Below, one piece after another: positions 33,540 to 47,300 of a stretch of 64,000 nucleotides of DNA. Made by a program: the position numbers and the translations under genes. Below the pieces are notes generated by a model. That model ran no database searches and was not told where the DNA came from. It saw only the letters and a program-made list of their open reading frames with translations. The stretch is from Diadema antillarum (Eukaryota). Within the stretch, counting starts at the first letter, position 1. Every line of letters begins with the position of its first letter. The DNA is taken from the NCBI RefSeq assembly GCF_040938485.1, contig NW_027271030.1:1364001-1428000 (forward strand), written 5' to 3'.

Positions 33540-36500
33540 TACACATGCGAGCATACATGCACTGCATAAACACATGTATATACTCACACACACAAACACA
33601 CACACACATTTATCAATGTACATATATGATTTAAGAGTCGTATTGCAAAATGAGCTATAAGCGCCATTTAAAACATTAATTCCATCATAAGATAGAGCAA
33701 AATGAAACTTTTCCAGTAATCCCTCACCTAAGACATAACAAGGAATATTCTAGAAGTTATGATTAACAATATTCTGTATTTTCTTATCATTTTCTTTGTT
33801 CTTTAGGAACTTCAGTCGGAATATCTCAACTTCAAAGGAATGGATTTAGCTCGTTTTGTGATAAAACTCTTCATATATGTATAGGGCTATCCTTCTGTCT
33901 CTATTTGCTTGCATCCACGCTGCTTTTAACCTGCGCTTAGTCGGCCGATCTTTTAAGATTCAAGCTTGACTTAACTGACTTAACTGTTGGAGGTGACATG
34001 GACACGTTTGAATGGGTCGGCGATTTTACGCACAACATGTCAACCGAGTCTGTGGGGTGACAAATCGAAGAGACGAGTGTCGCATTCAGCTTGTCTCTCC
34101 CTAGCCTAAAACCTGAATTGAAATAAAAACATAATTGAACCTTAGGGCAAGAACGAAAGGGGAAAAAATCTAAACCAAGGGAGCTCTTTCAATTTGATGA
34201 CGCATTTTGAATAGTGACATTGTCAGTGCGTCATCAAACAGTTTTCCGGATGCTATAGAAGGTAAAACCAGGGAGATGAGACACCTCCCTGGTAAAAGTC
34301 ACAGGGGAAAATATGCCAAGTGTATCTTCTTGTTCTTGCGCAACAATGCAAGCCCTTTAAAGGTTCTCTTTCTGAAGTATTTTCTGCATCCATTTCGTTC
34401 TTTTAAACAACATTTCTTCCATTCATTCCTCTGTCATCCTGTTATTCCCCGACGTCTAATTGCCTCTAATTCTCTCTCCATTCCACATTCTCCCCCTTTC
34501 TGTCCGATATGACTCTCGATATTTCTTACTCTTTCTCATCCCAGCCTTAGCCCTTTCCGTCCGCAGTTTCCTTTCTCAAAAATTGAATGGATGATGGAGT
34601 AGAGTGAGACTGTTGCCTGTCTGTAATCGCTGACATGACAAATGTGAACAAAACGTCTCTTCTTTCTTTAAAAAAAATGCAAGTTCTGTTTTTGTATCAT
34701 CTGTATCATGTGTAATGACGCACATAGAGGGCCCTACAGGGTCCCCGGTGATTTATTTCTTTTGTTTTATTTTTTATTTTGTAACTTTCTCATTTGTAAA
34801 GTATTTCGGAAAGAATGTGATAAGATGTCACAATCATAATCGCATTCATAATCATAATCATAACAAGATACGATCCAAGGTGCAGAGGAATATTTTGCAT
34901 GGAGAAGTTTGATTTTGATATAAAGCTCTACGAGAAAGCGAAAAGATAAAATAGTGAAACTTTTCAAATTGAGGTGCCAAATCAAATTAGATTGTTTAAA
35001 GGGGTGGTATAGTTCTGGTTGAGATGGGGATTCAGATTTTATTATTTTGCGAGATGATAAGAAACCACTTTATATAAAATATGAAAGAACATACAATTCA
35101 AAAAGGAATTCAAATTTTATGTGGTCAGCTTTGGTTTTGAAATGGCTGAGATATCCGAAAACAAACAGGTTCTGATAAAAGATGGGTCCCGCTTTTTATT
35201 CGGAACATTTTGTTTTATTATGTTTTTAGATATCTAGGCCATTTTCAAAACTGATTTTCTTTTTTTTTTGGTAATAAACCTTGAATTCTTCTTTGAATTG
35301 CATGCCCTGCCATATTTCATATAAGTGGTTTTTTATCATCTCGCAAAATGTTAAAACCTGTGTCCCCATCTCAACCAAAACTACACCATCCTTAAATGTC
35401 CTACACTGCCTCCTCATGTATCTTGGTTTCTTAAGTTCTGAGAAGGAATAAAGCAAAAAGAAAAAAAAAACACGGCGAGATGCACTTCGATCATTTTGTA
35501 TTTCTCTGAATATATGCTTTTCCCGATAAACGTTGAAATTTGCTTCGGCCATTGGACAAAACACATAACGAGCCCACGTATGAATTCCACACTCTATGAA
35601 ATTAAACAAAACGTGTTTATAGTCCATCAACCCTAGAATATAATTACCACAACTATGACATGTTAGATCTTCCTTTTTATTCAGTTCAATTAAAACTAAT
35701 CTTTCATAGAAAATGTTTAGATGTGTGATTATAACGATTTTGAAATGATCTGTTCCTGCTGGTTATACTATAAATGAAATAATTACAAATGATAGAATGA
35801 ACGTTTTGTGTTAATTGAAGCGTTGAACATTACCTGATATTAAATGGGTTAGTCAAATACCGGTTAGTGATTGGCTGAACACAGTCACGTGATGGAGGTA
35901 CATTCGTTATGTTCGCCCATGGGCGAACACTCTTGTGAATGTTCTCCCATGGGAAAACATTTTCACGTAACAAATGACAGAAGGCTTAGGACCGCGCGCG
36001 CACAGTGAATTTGGCTCTGCGCGATCGAGCGCAGCGATGCGAGCGATCGAGTGCGTTGTGCTGGTGGTTGACGTTGACGTATTTGACGTATTTGACTAAC
36101 CCATATAATATAACAGATGATGACTTTTGTTGTCGGGAACATGTACCAAACGTTCCACCCTCAGGGTTTGAAATGCTATTTCAGGAGGCTATAAGACCCT
36201 CGACTTCGCCTCGGGACTCATAACCTCCCTCAATAGCATTTCAAACCCTCCGGGTGGAACATTCGGTATGTTCCCTCCCCCGCCAGTCATCATCTATATA
36301 TCAAAACCACAAATGTAAAAGCTACATAACCTCACAATCGAAAGCATAAGATACAGGGGCAGATGGAATAGTTGGCAAAAGATTTTCGTTGCCATGGTTA
36401 TATGCCATTTCAGACACTTAAAAAACTATTATCGTAAACACACCCCCCTCCCTCAAGAGGAAAAAAACCAACAACAAACAAACCTCAAGTCCAGGTGAAT

Positions 36501-38288
36501 CTTCCCTACATGTAGGTGTCAAACAATTTCCCCCGTTTGGACTGAATGCAACTGACTATACAGCAGATGGTCGAACAACAAAACCAGGTGAAACAAACAA
36601 ACAAACAAACAAACAAACAAACAAACAAACAAACAAACAAACAAACTGTCTGTTATTGCTAAGTGCTGCTAATGCCTGAAGTTTGACCTTGACGTTGGAA
36701 AGGGCATATAGCGCTTTGCCAATAGAAGACTGGAAAATGTGGCAAGATGTGTTGAGTGAGTGATCAGGTCTGTGAGAAACCAGGTAAACCAAGTAAAACA
36801 ATCCACCTGCGATCATCCCATGTTCATTGATTGGAGTTGATGGCAGACGAGAGAATCAAATTTAAACAACCATGCCCCATGAATCAACTTTACATGAACA
36901 CTGGAAACTCACCCATTAGGATTATTTTCATTTGGTTATGCCCTGTGGATCGTATTTTCGAGATCAGGCGCGCTTGTGAAGGCGATACGGCGCTATTTAG
37001 TTCGCATCATCGTGATCATGCTAGACAAACGGTTAAAACAATTAGGAATAAAAGTTTGGAGCTTAACGATTTGTCTTGCTTAAAGCTGAACTGGTTATGA
37101 GGTCGTGAACAAAGGGTATAGAAATACTATTTACCGTAACAACATTTAAATGTAGCTATAATTTCTCCTCCAGGAGAAATCGAAGTAGGAATAATATTAC
37201 AGTATATGCGTGGCATTTCTTTTCTTTCTTTTTTTACCTACTGTTAAAGTTGAATTGGAATGAAAATATTAGTACCGTATAATTACGTTACAAAATACAT
37301 GAGCGGTCAAAAAAAAAAAAGAAAGAAGGTAACGAAACGAAGATGCATTTCAGAGAAGACAAATATGTCTTCACCGAGACATCTGTACGCCTTCCTCTTT
37401 GTTCTTTTATGTTTTTATTTTCTTATGCACGGATGTTAAAACCTATGCGACAGAAGGTTTCTGGATACTTTTTCAAAAATATACTAACAGTGTTGGATAT
37501 CATTATAATTATCATCTACCGAAAATGCCACTGTTTGTTTCCTTCCTAATGCAGAATTTTTGCTTGCACAAAAGCATGACCACTTATTTGAAATCATTTA
37601 TTTCCGATTAAAAAAAAATAAAATTGTGTGCCTTGCTACCAATTTGACAGCTACGATTTAATTGTCAACAAAATTAAATGGTTGTGTAAAACCATGCAGT
37701 CGGAATTTTACTAGCTCGGCTTAGAAATCATCATCTACACAGCTGACTACGTATAGTAACTGCACAGTTTTGATACATCATCACGCACACTCGCGCGCAC
37801 ACACACAACTTACGTGCACAGACCTATTTTTGTCTGCATCTTTGTGAATGATGTGTAACCGGGCGCCTTTTATAATGACGNNNNNNNNNNNNNNNNNNNN
37901 NNNNNNNNNNNNNNNNNNNNNNNNNNNNNNNNNNNNNNNNNNNNNNNNNNNNNNNNNNNNNNNNNNNNNNNNNNNNNNNNNNNNNNNNNNNNNNNNNNNN
38001 NNNNNNNNNNNNNNNNNNNNACACCCACACACACCATCACACATTTACACACACAGATACCCACATACGTCCACGATGTGATCATACAGATGAACGTGCT
38101 GCTTCAACTCAGCTTCACACGAGTACACCATATGAATACACAGTCTACATAGAAAAGGAATGCAACTGTATACTTAATCAGGACGTAATAACTATTAATC
38201 CAGGACACGGGTAGTGAATAATTTGATTTTGGTGCATCTATTCATTTTTTTTTGATCCATCACCCTCTCCTCCCCCCCCCCCCCCACA

Positions 38289-38343
<55 letters not shown>

Positions 38344-41300
38344 GACACACACGCGCGCACACACACCACAAACTAGCAATAGGTATCTATAGGCCTACTT
38401 GACAATGCTTGACGGGAGTACCGCGCACACGCACACATGCACACTAAAAAGGTAGTCGACGTACTGTGTCTTTGATGTTGTTGTTTCTTGTTTCTGTCCA
38501 CGCTGCTGTCCTTGCAAGTCGAATGCCGCGAGGCGACTCATGCTCGCTAATTAGTGTAAGAGTTTAATGCATGATTTGACTTTATGACGCCTTGGAAACT
38601 ATAGCATGTAACAGAAGCTTTATTATACGCACACGCATACGACCAAGCAAGGAGTCCTACTTCAAGTTCATCTTATACAAGGCCGTTTTAGCGTGAAGGT
38701 TCGTTTTAAGCCAAAATACCATTGAATACTACTTTCCTTAATATGAAACCTACGCGTGCGAGCACACATGCACACAAACTCACAAGGACACACATACGCA
38801 CAAAACAAATGACATCATACAACTATAGAAATGTCGCTATGGCGACAGGGATGCCTCCGCCATTATGCATGATTCTCCCAATAGGTCCATAGTACATCTT
38901 GACGATGTGTGACGACAGTTTGACATAACTAGCAAAATATCAAAATGACATGTCAGTAACGTGTTTAATGTCCACTTTTCTTGAACTAGGTTTACTTGGC
39001 TATGTATAGTGCTCAAGAGAGCAGGTATTTGGGGATTCGAGGATTTTTACTCGATTTTTGACTCTTTTATAAGTTTATGCATTGAGTAATTTCCAAAGTA
39101 TGGAGAAAAGGTGTCATTTAAGCATCAGATAATAAAATTTTAGCATTTTAACCTGGGCTTTGACCCTTGACCTTTAATCTTTTACTCCATGACTCTGAAA
39201 TTCTTAAGAGAATCACTGTCAGGCAGTATATGTATAAATATGTACCAAGTTTCATGATGATAGCTTGAACCACTTCAAAGATCTGGTGGAAGAAGTGAAA
39301 TTCTGCATTTTCACTCGACCTTTGACCTTTGACCTCATGGCCCCAAAGTTTCTCTAATGAATCTTTATGAGTCAATACATGTATACACAAAGTTAGAAGA
39401 AAACGACTCTGGCATTGCATAAATATTAGGGAAATAGTGAAATTTTGAGCATTTGACCTAGACCTTTGACCTTTGACCTTGAGCATGTGCAACCCAAAGT
39501 TGATGCGCACAATTTCGTCCCCTCGTGCATGTATATGCCAAGTTTTATTAGGATACCTCAAACGGTTTTTTAGTTACTTTCGACAAATTCATTACGGACG
39601 GACAACCCGAAAACATATGCCTCCGGCAACACTTCGTGGCAGAGGCATAAACATATGGATGATCCATGGTTATAAAATGACACTCGCCGTAAGTGTGTGG
39701 GTGATTGTTTTTTTTTTTTTCAAACCACATTTTTGATGATGATGACTTTTCTTTTATTTCTTTCAATATTTACAACATATACAGTTAAAAAGATGAAATA
39801 CAACATAATTCACACGTATAACACAGAGGGATGGCATAGGTTATCATAGCAAAGTGGTAACAAGTCAGACTTACAAAAAAGTCATACTTAAAAAAAGAAC
39901 AAGAAAAGAGAAGTGTAGTAAAGTGAAAGAAAAAGGTATTCCGTAAAAGCCTCAAGGTTTGCAGTGATGGGATCACCTGACTATAAAGAGTTGGAAACGT
40001 TACAAGAATAAAAGAAAGTGCGACGCTTGTTGGATAAATTATGCAAGTGGTGGATCAAGTGTCAAGCAACGTGAAACTAATATTTGGTGAGGAGAACTAT
40101 TTTAAGTTGTGTTTTGAACGTCCTGTTAAATTGTGAATTTCGAATACTGGGCGGTAGTAAATTCCAAATGACCTTACTCCTGGGAATAAATCTATCAGGA
40201 TATCAATATTCGAGTTTACCTGACTCTTATACCAAGAGAGCCAGTCTTTGTGTAGGGTTGTATTGTGTATAAGCTCCGTTATATAAAATAAAGTTTTCTT
40301 TTGTTTGTTTGTTTTCATCGTTTAGGCTTTATCATTGTGTCTCATGCACTTGCCAAAATATTTAATGTAGATTTGAGAGTTACAAAAAAAGAAAGAAAGA
40401 AAAGAAAGTGAACCAAACCAAAACCAGCAAGTCCCTAGATTTAGAAGTATCACCATGGCTATCTTCAGCATAAGTATATATATTAAGAGTTTGCTAGTTT
40501 AAGAAAAAAAAAACTGGCTTGTCGAAGTTCAATGGTTCTTGTATCTTAATAATTTCAATCTCATTCAGTCCACTTTGTTTATCCATGAAATACACGTTAT
40601 CTGTTGCAATATGGAAAACATGTTCGTTATGTGCAAGAAAAGTTCGGACACGTATCGGAAAGGTCCACCAACGAGGAAAGATTTATCACGTGATAATGCG
40701 TTTGTTCTAAGTTAGGCGTACACTGTAGCTGGCTTATTGAACAGACAAGCTCAATTAGTTAATTGACCCTTATTCTGTCCTATTATAATTTATGGTGATA
40801 CTGCAAATGACGTTGATGGTCAAAAAGTACAAATTCAAAACGTATGACCTTCAAAAGACAGCAAGCATGTAGGCCTATATGACTATGCGTATTCGAAAGT
40901 ATCGCTACGAAAAAAAACATGTGAAAATAAAATTCATCATGGGGTACCAATTAATTCTCCACACTCCACACCGAGATGGAATCGATTTCTTCAGTATGAT
41001 ACTCAATAAGTAATGTAAGAGGTCTTTACTTGAGTGCACATGCAAACTAATTAATCATTCATTTACTGTGCGAAATACTCGTCGTTGACAAGTCAAATTA
41101 GTTCGTCACACTCGCCATACTCGCGGCACACGTAACAGCAAAAGCATTTTCGTCTTTCAGCGATCATTTCCGTCAAATTTTCCTTGAAATTCATCTCATA
41201 TCTTTGTCTGTTGTGATTTCTTGGTTATTTCATTTTTTCTGCAACCGTTCCCTTTTTCCATATTTAGGGTTAACATACGCACACGTATGCCCACACCATA

Positions 41301-44300
41301 CAAACAAAAAACACAGACACAGACACACACAGACACAGACACAGACACAGACACACACAGACATACACACATACAAACACACCCTAATCAGAGTGCACAT
41401 GGAGACAAACATATACGTCTGTCACATAAACGAAAACAATGATCCACGATTTCCAAGCACATTATGATTAAAGACAATTTTACATTTGTATGGCTACAGA
41501 GTTAAAGCCCGTTTTAACGTAAAAAAAAAAGACATTATAATTTGTGCCGTTTACCATGTTGAATAAAGTTTGTTCCACACACAAGATGCAATAACATAAA
41601 ATCAGGAAATAATTAAATTCCAAATGTTGTCATTACATATTTAAAGATTATCTTTAATGTTTTTAATGTTCTCTGACTGCCGAATACGTGGAGTAAGTGA
41701 GATAATGCCGACTTAGAATTGGTTCGCCCTCACGATAAAAGACCAATACAATTTGACTAATTCATTTTTAAAAATTCATGAAATTGTGCGAACAAAGACG
41801 AACTAGATCCTTACACTTTCGAGTCGATGGGCGGCGGGGATAAATATCAATGACAATTGACGGTTTTGTATGCTATGTCTTTGAAAATGGTTGACGAAAA
41901 ACAAATTACAATGACAATTGACTACATTGAAGTTAGGATTTGCATTCTGTGTGCTTCTCGGCACAAATTCGAATAACAGATTACTGAAATTGATTTTTAA
42001 AATGGCGAAAGAGGACGGAAAACCCCATACTTCAGGTAAGAAAAAAAGAGGGAAAGACGAGTATAAAAGAAAAGAGGGCGTGTGTATAAAAGCCTTAGAT
42101 ATGAAACTATTGTACACTACATTGCGCTGCTTTCATTTTGAAGAACAAGGAATGACGTCATCCTATTGGTAACGTCAACAGGTGTTAAAGGGACTGTACA
42201 GTACTCGTTGAGATGGGGATTCAGGTTTATAACATTCCTATAGGTGAGATAATGAGAAACCTCTTATGAAATATGAAAGAGCATGTAATTTTAAGGATTC
42301 AATATTTATTTGATGAAAATTGGTTTTCAAATGGCTGAGATATCCAAAAAAGTGATAATAATAAAAAGCGACAGGCCACGCCTTTTATTAGGATCTCTTT
42401 GTTTCACCTTGTTTTTGGATATCTCAACAATTTCAAAACCGATTTTCAACAAATAAACTTTTGATACCCCTTAGAATTGCATGCTGTTTGACATCTCATA
42501 GAGTGATTTCTGAATATCTCGCAAAACGTTAAAAGCTAAATCCTCACCTCAACCAGAACTGTACAGTCCCTTTAAACAACAACAACAACAAACAAACACA
42601 TGCGTCTTTCCTGAAGCGTTAGCAACGGAATGGCCCAGGTGTGAAAACATTCCATTTTTACTCGAACAATATCGAACGTGATCAAAACGGGGTGATAGTC
42701 ACACAGGAACAAATACTGAATGGGGAACAACACCCCATTTCGTATTTAGCTCATTCGCACACTAGTACAATATTAATCATCTTGGGTTTTTTTTTTTCTC
42801 ATTTGGTTAGGCGCTTCATGCGTTTTAAAAGCGACATAAGACATATCAAAAATCTACAGATGTAGCAACTTGGGCAATTCATATTCAACAGTGTTCAAAG
42901 AAAGAATGAACTTGCATAGACCAGATGAGAGAAAGGCCAGTCAATTAAATGGCAGCGATTCTATTGTTTTGCATGGAATGCATTAGCAAACTGTTTCCTT
43001 TTTTTATTGATGTTAGTTGCAAAGTACCAAGCATGGAGCTGCTGTGGCAGGTGAATGATTACACAGACAATCCTTACGTCACAGGTGCTAATATGAATGA
43101 GTAAACCCACTTGCCTGTTAACACAAAAATGACCACCACCACCAACAACAACATCATCATCATCAACATCAATAACAATGGCGACGACGACAACAAAAAA
43201 CAAAAAACAAGAGTATTTACAATAGGCGTTTTCACATCAGCTCGATAAAAATCCAAGCTCGAGATATTTTTCGCAGAAAATAGTCAGCAAAATAGCGCGC
43301 TATTTCGAAACATCGGGCTGATGTGAAAACGCCTAATGATATAGAGCACAACAGATGATGGAACGTACTCCGATACAACTGACAACTTAAAACACGTGCA
43401 TTACTAAATCAAAAATTGTCTGGCTGTCGTAAGTGTCATCAAAGTAATCTGATAAGTTGCAATGAATAATTGATCTTCAAATATTTTCAATATGATATCT
43501 CGCTTAAAGATGTCGCTTTAAGGGACGACATCTTCAGCTAAAAAGTCATCTAACTTCCAAGAAAGGCATCAAGAGTCATTTTCGCTAGTCTGTCGCCAAT
43601 TCTCAGAGAGTGGTTTGCGATAATTTAGAAGAAATAAAGAAGTTTACCAAGAAGCTGTGGCCACAAGAATAGTCACGTGAACGTTTTCTTTTATCACATG
43701 ATCCCGACCGTAAACTGCGAGATCTCGTCACCATGGTAACACAGCATACCAATGAAGTTGTGGTCATGCGGTATTTCCACTTTGTTGCATGTCCAATGCA
43801 TTTAGAATTCTCGAATGACACTAATTACTTTAGAATAAGATAGAGAGAGAAAGAGATAACAATTGCAAAAAAAGGAAGTCAAATTAGGGTGTCACTGCAT
43901 AGTTCTTAGGTTTCGTTGTTTTGTATGAGTGTCTCGCCAATAATACTATAAACGACGGATAACTATTGTTTAACTACAGTTTTCAGCAACCGTCTTATCT
44001 GGTGGAAAGAGATACATTGGATAATTTACGAATAGCGTACTGGTCATGTGCGATGCAACTTACGGTTTAGGCGATATCTAACGGATATGGAAATTTTAAA
44101 AGATTTTTTTGTATACCTATGCTGCTGTACTTCGTAATCCCATTTTTGCTGGGAGCACAAATCCTTTCCCTTGTCTTGTCCGATTTAAGCTGAAAGTACT
44201 CAGGACTGTGAATCATTAACTAATGTTAATAGCACGTTACGTACGTGACAATATCATAACCAGGGGCGGATCCAGGAATTCTGTAAAGGGGGGGGGGGGG

Positions 44301-47300
44301 GGGGGAGTGGGGGGTGGGGGCGTGACTAATATTTCTGGTGCCACTTCCGCGGGTTTCATTTCATTTTTTTCCTTTTTTTATTTCTTCTGTTTTTAACGAA
44401 AAATAAAGGGGGGGGGGGCGTGCGCCGGTTGCGCCCCCCTCTGGATCCGCCACTGATAACGAAACAAAAGAAAAAAAATAGATTCGACTCAACATAGGAC
44501 AAAATGTATACTCTTTATGATGAGATTAAAATACATATCATTTTAGTTCTTAAAATCAAGTTGAAAACAATGCGACATAGGGCCTTTCCTTTCACACAGT
44601 TGCAATGTACATACAAGAGATTTCCCCCGGAGAAGAGCGAAAACAGCAAATGAAAGGCTAGATGAAATTAATTTCCTCTTTCATAAATGACATCATGGAC
44701 TAGCTATACGTTGATCTACTTGACTAGACATCTTTGACGTCGATATCACTATAATGGCCTTCATAAGCTAATGGCACCTCCTTTCATCCGCCACCAACTG
44801 CTAGTAGAATAGGTCAAACCCTGTTAGGAGTGTGCACATGCACATCAAATGATTGCTTTCATGCAATTATTTTTGTTCCTATAAGTTGGATCGCGAGGTA
44901 GGTATTTTCTTGGCCATGGCCTGCTTTGTAGCTATCCTTCATGTGCGAGGGCAGACCATGTTCAATTAGAAGAAAAATATCTGATGATTTTATGACAAAC
45001 AATCAACATCAAAACGCCATCAGTGAAAGTGATTGCCATCCCTGAGTTCCCGGTATACAACATGACAAACAAATTTCCAGGTACATACACACAAACCATA
45101 TCCTAATCACTAACATCCTTATAAAAACAACAACAACAACATGCAGTAGAAACCAGAGATAAATCAATTACATCAACAGCAGTCACAGCAACAAGAATAA
45201 CACTCACTACCACTGGTACTGCTACCCCAGCTAATGCCACCACAAGTACGACAATTAATACAAACAGAAATAACTTTTGCCAATGTATCTACCGACGATA
45301 TTCTCGATTTACATTATTTTGTCTATGATGACAACCACTACCTCCATGAAAACACTACCACTACCACAACCACTTATACCACTATCACCAGATCACTACT
45401 ACTACAACTACCACTACCAATGCTACTACGACTACCATTACTACTGCTACTATCATTGTGGCAATTTCTTCCCTTTCACTTGTAATACCAGTACCACAAA
45501 CTCCTACTCCTGTTCCTCCTCCTACGNNNNNNNNNNNNNNNNNNNNNNNNNNNNNNNNNNNNNNNNNNNNNNNNNNNNNNNNNNNNNNNNNNNNNNNNNN
45601 NNNNNNNNNNNNNNNNNNNNNNNNNNNNNNNNNNNNNNNNNNNNNNNNNNNNNNNNNNNNNNNNNNNNNNNNNNNNNNNNNNNNNNNNNNNNNNNNNNNN
45701 NNNNNNNNNNNNNNNNNNNNNNNNNNNNNNNNNNNNNNNNNNNNNNNNNNNNNNNNNNNNACCAAACCTACCGGCAAAACTACCGCTATCACCGACACTA
45801 CTGCTACTTCCACTCTTTCTCGAACTATCAAATCTACGTCTGCTGCTGCAGCTGCTGCGAGAACTGTATTTTCTACTTATATTACAGTTGTTTTCTTGCA
45901 TGTTTACTTCTTATTTTCAATGTGATGCGCTGTGGATTGTTATTGTTATCCATGTAAAAACTTACTCTATAGTTTGATGAAAGTCAGCTATGATAGTGAG
46001 CACCTTGTAAGCCTTTCGTGACTGAGTCTTTATTTCTTTTCTGTGCACCTATGTGAACAGGGTTTGGGCTTCTCGAGTCCGGAATGGTGTCTCGGAAGAA
46101 CGAGGTCAACATCATGGTCAAGAACGCTGTCGATGTCATTTTCGGAGGCCTGACCTACTGGATGTTCGGCTACGGCTTCAGCTTCGGCGTCGACGAGGGC
46201 ACGAATAAATTTTGTGGTAAGACGCCCTGATGGGGTGAAAGGAAAGCTTGATATTACGTCCCTATCCTAATAAGCATATGAATTTAATAGTGATAATGAG
46301 TTTAGTTAATTTTTGGTACTATTTCTAAATTTATCAATATGAGGTGTTTTATGTTTAACTACAGTCCATTCGTGTAGTATTCCTTCGTGCTCAAGGATCA
46401 GTACCTCGCTAGAGGATATATTCAGTGGAATAAGGTATACAGGATTTGCGTTAGGTTTGCTCATAAATCTTATTCGAATGTATCCTTTTTCGCTTGTTTT
46501 CTGCCAGTCAAATGTTCCGAATGTTGTTTCAACTAGGCAATATGGTATACAGGTAATGTAATCGGCCTAGTCGATGAATAATAAACACCTCTTTTGCTAT
46601 ATCTGTCTACTGTCTCGTAAATCTCAAGTTGATATAGAATCACACATCTTTATCAAAGCAATCTGGATAGTCTGTACAGATATCATAGTTTGTTTGTATG
46701 ACTTGTGGATTGCTGTACAGGTGTTGGACACTTCTTCACCGATTCCGTCAACGAGGACGAACTTGGGTGGATCTTCGCTCAGTTTGTATTCCAGGCCTCT
46801 TTTGCTACAACGGCTACCACCATTGTTTCCGGTAAGAGGACCACTTTGATACGGAATTCATTTAATCTTCTAAGTGCCGCCGTCTTCTGGGTGGTCATTA
46901 TTAGCTTCCGAACTTTGATGCTCCTGCTAACACTACTTAGGTAGCGTAGAAGAGTTATGTGTGGAGAATGCTATCGCTATCTTTCACCCATTCCCCTATG
47001 CAATTCATTTTTCACATAATATCTCTAATCAATTGTATATGATACGGTTGAAGTGAGACCCTGATTTAACAGGTCCTATCAAACCATGGTTACCGCGACC
47101 ACGTCCGACATTTTTTGCTTGTTTGTTGGTTTGTTTGTATTTACCCGGTAAAATGTTGCTCGGACGTTGTCACTGTAGCTCTTGCATTCGATTCTCGTCA
47201 GCTGCGGTAATTACCCCGACGTTACCCTGACATTACCCCGACAACCCTTCTGTTAAAACGCATGCGCCACAGTCCAAACTAGAGAGGGGCCGTCAAAGGC

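Noticed and set aside
45234-45957. 226-aa and 155-aa Thr/Tyr/Pro-rich ORFs resembling a mucin exon
   Set aside because: Built from degenerate (CTA/CCA)n repeats and read through an N gap; lies inside Amt-B intron 1 with no convincing splice context.
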